Source: a virus (taxonomy: Duplodnaviria > Caudoviricetes). From it: a stretch of 37,719 bases of DNA. Position 1 is the stretch's first letter. Every line of letters begins with the position of its first letter. The stretch is taken from positions 1 to 37,719 of IMG/VR virus record IMGVR_UViG_3300020043_003593; one strand, 5' to 3'. The position numbers were made by a program, and so were the translations under genes. Shown here piece by piece: positions 35,145-37,719 of the stretch. The notes under the pieces are model-generated. The model searched no databases, was not told the origin of the DNA, and saw nothing but the letters and a program-made list of their open reading frames with translations.

Positions 35145-36161
35145 TTACTTGTCTAGTTCCTTTAAGGGTATTGGATTCCCTGTCTGGTCTAGTAACTGCT
35201 GTAATGTAATCTTACCATCACGCCATAACTGCGCTTTTCCTTTGCCAAGCACCTTATCTTGAAAGGCTTGATCTTTAGAATCGAGGAATTGAGCAAATGT
35301 GGTTTCCTGTGGCACTGCGCCATCCATGCTGGATCTTGTCCTATTTGGAATATCAGGAAAATCAACCCCTAGCTCTTTCCACGACTTAATAATCGGCATA
35401 TACATCGAACGGCAGTTCCAATGGGCTGGAAGCTCTCTGTAAGGTAGCGATTTTTTGCCAATTGGTTTGTTATCCATATCATAAGTAGAGCCGTCATAAG
35501 CAATACACTGAATAGAAGTGCGATTATCCAATACTGCAACATATACTTTCCCCTTCATAACAGAGCTATTCTCAGCGTACATACGCTCCCTAGCTTGTGA
35601 AGATATTGTGTGTACGGCTGTTCTTACTAACGCTTCTGCGTTTCTTCTGGTAACAGCCATTTGACTTTGAACTCGGTCAGCAATAGTTCCGATCTTTTCT
35701 CCTGATCCGTAGCCCATGCGTATTTGACTGGATACTCTGAAATATACGTCAGCAGATTGCTTTTGCCACCATTGTGCTGTAGTCGCACCTTGGATTGCAC
35801 TGGAATCAGCTAAAACGGCTAATTGATTGGAACTAGGCATTGCATTGAACAGATCTACGCCAACTTTCTCGCTAATCATGGACTGCATGAATTTTGCTTC
35901 GCTTTTAGCCACTCCCTGAAGGTCGGTTTGTGTAAATTCGTTTAAATCCGAGTAATACTTATTAACGATCTCTTTAATATCTTTAAGGAGTGCGTTTAGT
36001 CGTGTTTTGTTCCACTCAGAGATATTGCCTTTGAGTTTATTGGTCACATCATCATCAAGCTCTTTAAGTAGCTTGACTACACGCTTACGTAAGTCGGCAT
36101 CAAATCTGTTTAGATCTAATTCCCGACTTACGATTGCGTTAGCGATCTCGTCATTAATCAT
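35145..36161 (-). CDS. minor head protein (SPP1 gp7/Mu gpF family)
   Basis: ALVRT, VAVLDNRTSIQC..YDG, PAHWNCRS. Confidence 0.9.
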   Translation of the reverse strand: MINDEIANAIVSRELDLNRFDADLRKRVVKLLKELDDDVTNKLKGNISEWNKTRLNALLKDIKEIVNKYYSDLNEFTQTDLQGVAKSEAKFMQSMISEKVGVDLFNAMPSSNQLAVLADSSAIQGATTAQWWQKQSADVYFRVSSQIRMGYGSGEKIGTIADRVQSQMAVTRRNAEALVRTAVHTISSQARERMYAENSSVMKGKVYVAVLDNRTSIQCIAYDGSTYDMDNKPIGKKSLPYRELPAHWNCRSMYMPIIKSWKELGVDFPDIPNRTRSSMDGAVPQETTFAQFLDSKDQAFQDKVLGKGKAQLWRDGKITLQQLLDQTGNPIPLKELDK

Positions 36162-37555
36162 GCACTAAGACGTGGTGGCTGATTAGCGATTTTTGACTGT
36201 TCTTCTTCAAAAGTGACGTTTTCTTCAATGATCTCGCCAACCTTAAAGTTATAGAACAGTGTTTCATCAGAGATTGCGCCTTGTTGCCATGCTCCAACGA
36301 GAGCCTGTAGATCTTGTGCTGACAATGGCTGATCTAAGTAATCTTCGTTCAATGAGATAGATGGAGTTTCTGCACCTTCCCAAGTAGCCATGATTTCCAG
36401 AGCCTTGTTCAGACCTTGGCTAACAGCGTTTGAGATTGCAGAAAGGATTGCACCATCTCCAGAGTGGCGCATACGAACAGTATTCGCTGCTTCTGATTGT
36501 TTCTTCTCAGGGGCAAGCATCCTTGCACCAAGAATGGCTAGGTTATCTTCTTTATCCTTCTTGATTTGGCGTAAAGACTCTAAGCCTTGACCAGTAAACT
36601 CAAGATACTTTGCGTTTGCAGAAGGATCAGGAAAAACCCATGCGTTTGCAGATCCGATAGAGAATGTTTCGCCTTGCTTCTCGGCTTGATAGCCAGTAAT
36701 GATTGCTGTTGGCAAACCAGTAAAGTGTGCGCCATGCTCTAAGTCGGCAGAAGTGCGATAGTGGGAAAGATTCAGAGTAGCCAAGTCATACATAGGTGGC
36801 TTGCTGATCTCCATGCCAACGCCTTTTGCGTTCATGCAGATAAATGGGATTGCTCTGATAGGTGCGCCATTCATTAAAGGCACGATTACATCAACCAGAA
36901 CCCAAGACTTATTGCCTTGATCGTCTTTCAATTCACGATAGACTTCCTGTTGGTAATTTCCGTCACGCAGAATTAGTACACGAATTTGCTCGATGTCTTT
37001 TGACTCAAACTCATTCTCATAAACACAGATTTCTTCTTTAAGCGCAATCATAATTGGCTGTAGCACATTGTTAATGCGCTCTAATCGCCAGTTAATGATC
37101 TGTTCTGCATCGTACGTAGTTACGTACGGGCGTAGATTGTTAGCAGAAGCATCAGCTAATGTGACTACACCTTCAATCGGCTTTGGATACTCTACTAAAA
37201 GTCCCATACGACCAACACCAAGAAGTTCGCTAGTAATACGCTCTGCTAGTTCGTCAATGCCAGTGTTATCCAACGTCATATCATCAAGGATTGCTTGCAT
37301 CCCTGCTGTTGGTGTCACTGTAGGAGCTTTGCGGAAAATCATTCCGAGAAGTCCATCTCTTGTTCTAGCAGTCGCATTGTAAAAAGGAGTACGCATGACA
37401 TAAGATGCATATTCCTGATTACTTTGCCCACTTAGTCTTGGGAGATACTTTTCGCCTTCTTCATGTACTTCATCTTCACCTTCTAAAACGTGTTCTACTG
37501 TTTCCCACATTGGGTAGTAATCATCGTATTCAGAATTAGTTGTGTTTGGCTTCAT
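36158..37555 (-). CDS. portal protein (DUF4055-type)
   Basis: YLPRL, FYNATART, KPPMYDLA.LNL.HY..SAD, GARML. Confidence 0.88.
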   Translation of the reverse strand: MKPNTTNSEYDDYYPMWETVEHVLEGEDEVHEEGEKYLPRLSGQSNQEYASYVMRTPFYNATARTRDGLLGMIFRKAPTVTPTAGMQAILDDMTLDNTGIDELAERITSELLGVGRMGLLVEYPKPIEGVVTLADASANNLRPYVTTYDAEQIINWRLERINNVLQPIMIALKEEICVYENEFESKDIEQIRVLILRDGNYQQEVYRELKDDQGNKSWVLVDVIVPLMNGAPIRAIPFICMNAKGVGMEISKPPMYDLATLNLSHYRTSADLEHGAHFTGLPTAIITGYQAEKQGETFSIGSANAWVFPDPSANAKYLEFTGQGLESLRQIKKDKEDNLAILGARMLAPEKKQSEAANTVRMRHSGDGAILSAISNAVSQGLNKALEIMATWEGAETPSISLNEDYLDQPLSAQDLQALVGAWQQGAISDETLFYNFKVGEIIEENVTFEEEQSKIANQPPRLSA

Positions 37556-37719
37556 CTATAACCCCATTAACTTCATTTGCTGAACCGCAACCCCTTGGAT
37601 TGGGTGTTTATAACTCAAAAAATACCCTGCTCCGTCAATCACATGGTCTAACCCTGATTTTTTATCAGGATCACCATTCGTATCATACGCCTGTCTTTCA
37701 AATGATTCAGTTAAAGATG
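37556..37719 (-). CDS. terL: terminase large subunit, C-terminal end (partial)
   Basis: ...ERQAYDTNGDPDKKSGLDHVIDGAGY...; DHxxD nuclease motif; immediately upstream of the portal. Confidence 0.8.
   Translation of the reverse strand, partial: SLTESFERQAYDTNGDPDKKSGLDHVIDGAGYFLSYKHPIQGVAVQQMKLMGL

Noticed and set aside
37111-37128. CGTACGTA-GT-TACGTACG palindrome
   Set aside because: Isolated, inside the portal coding sequence, no other support
4685-37382. Many antisense or alternate-frame ORFs in the track (e.g. 4685-4912, 5648-5932, 10810-11169, 15398-15859, 27362-27850, 29180-29566, 34058-34414, 37068-37382)
   Set aside because: They overlap well-supported genes, lack RBSs and look like shadow frames

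Overview
Most of the genome of a lambda-like tailed dsDNA phage (siphovirus). The host is probably a betaproteobacterium, inferred from the gene families only. Left (1-1660, +): short early-type ORFs, then an AT-rich non-coding block with Fur-box-like palindromes and direct repeats. Middle (2.1-13.3 kb): RusA, metallophosphoesterase, SprT-like protein, DUF3310, HNH-like protein, SSB, ParB-like protein, SF2 helicase, ERF, 3'-5' exonuclease, NinB-like and Cro-like genes. Right (13.3-37.7 kb, -): a late operon running from the terminase C-terminus through portal, capsid and lambda-type tail (with a -1 frameshift) to fibres and lysis. I see no integrase, primase, polymerase or replication initiator. 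Features the ORF track misses: (1) a ~420-nt densely structured, promoter-driven non-coding RNA upstream of rusA with a switch-like leader, a possible RNA-based replication or control element; (2) a second, C4-like cloverleaf RNA with upstream complementary boxes; (3) four ATGA-coupled mini-genes that share a 3' repeat encoding LRKA(Q/N)E; (4) a secreted 4-Cys beta-hairpin peptide. All pairings and family calls were made by eye and have not been checked by search or folding software.
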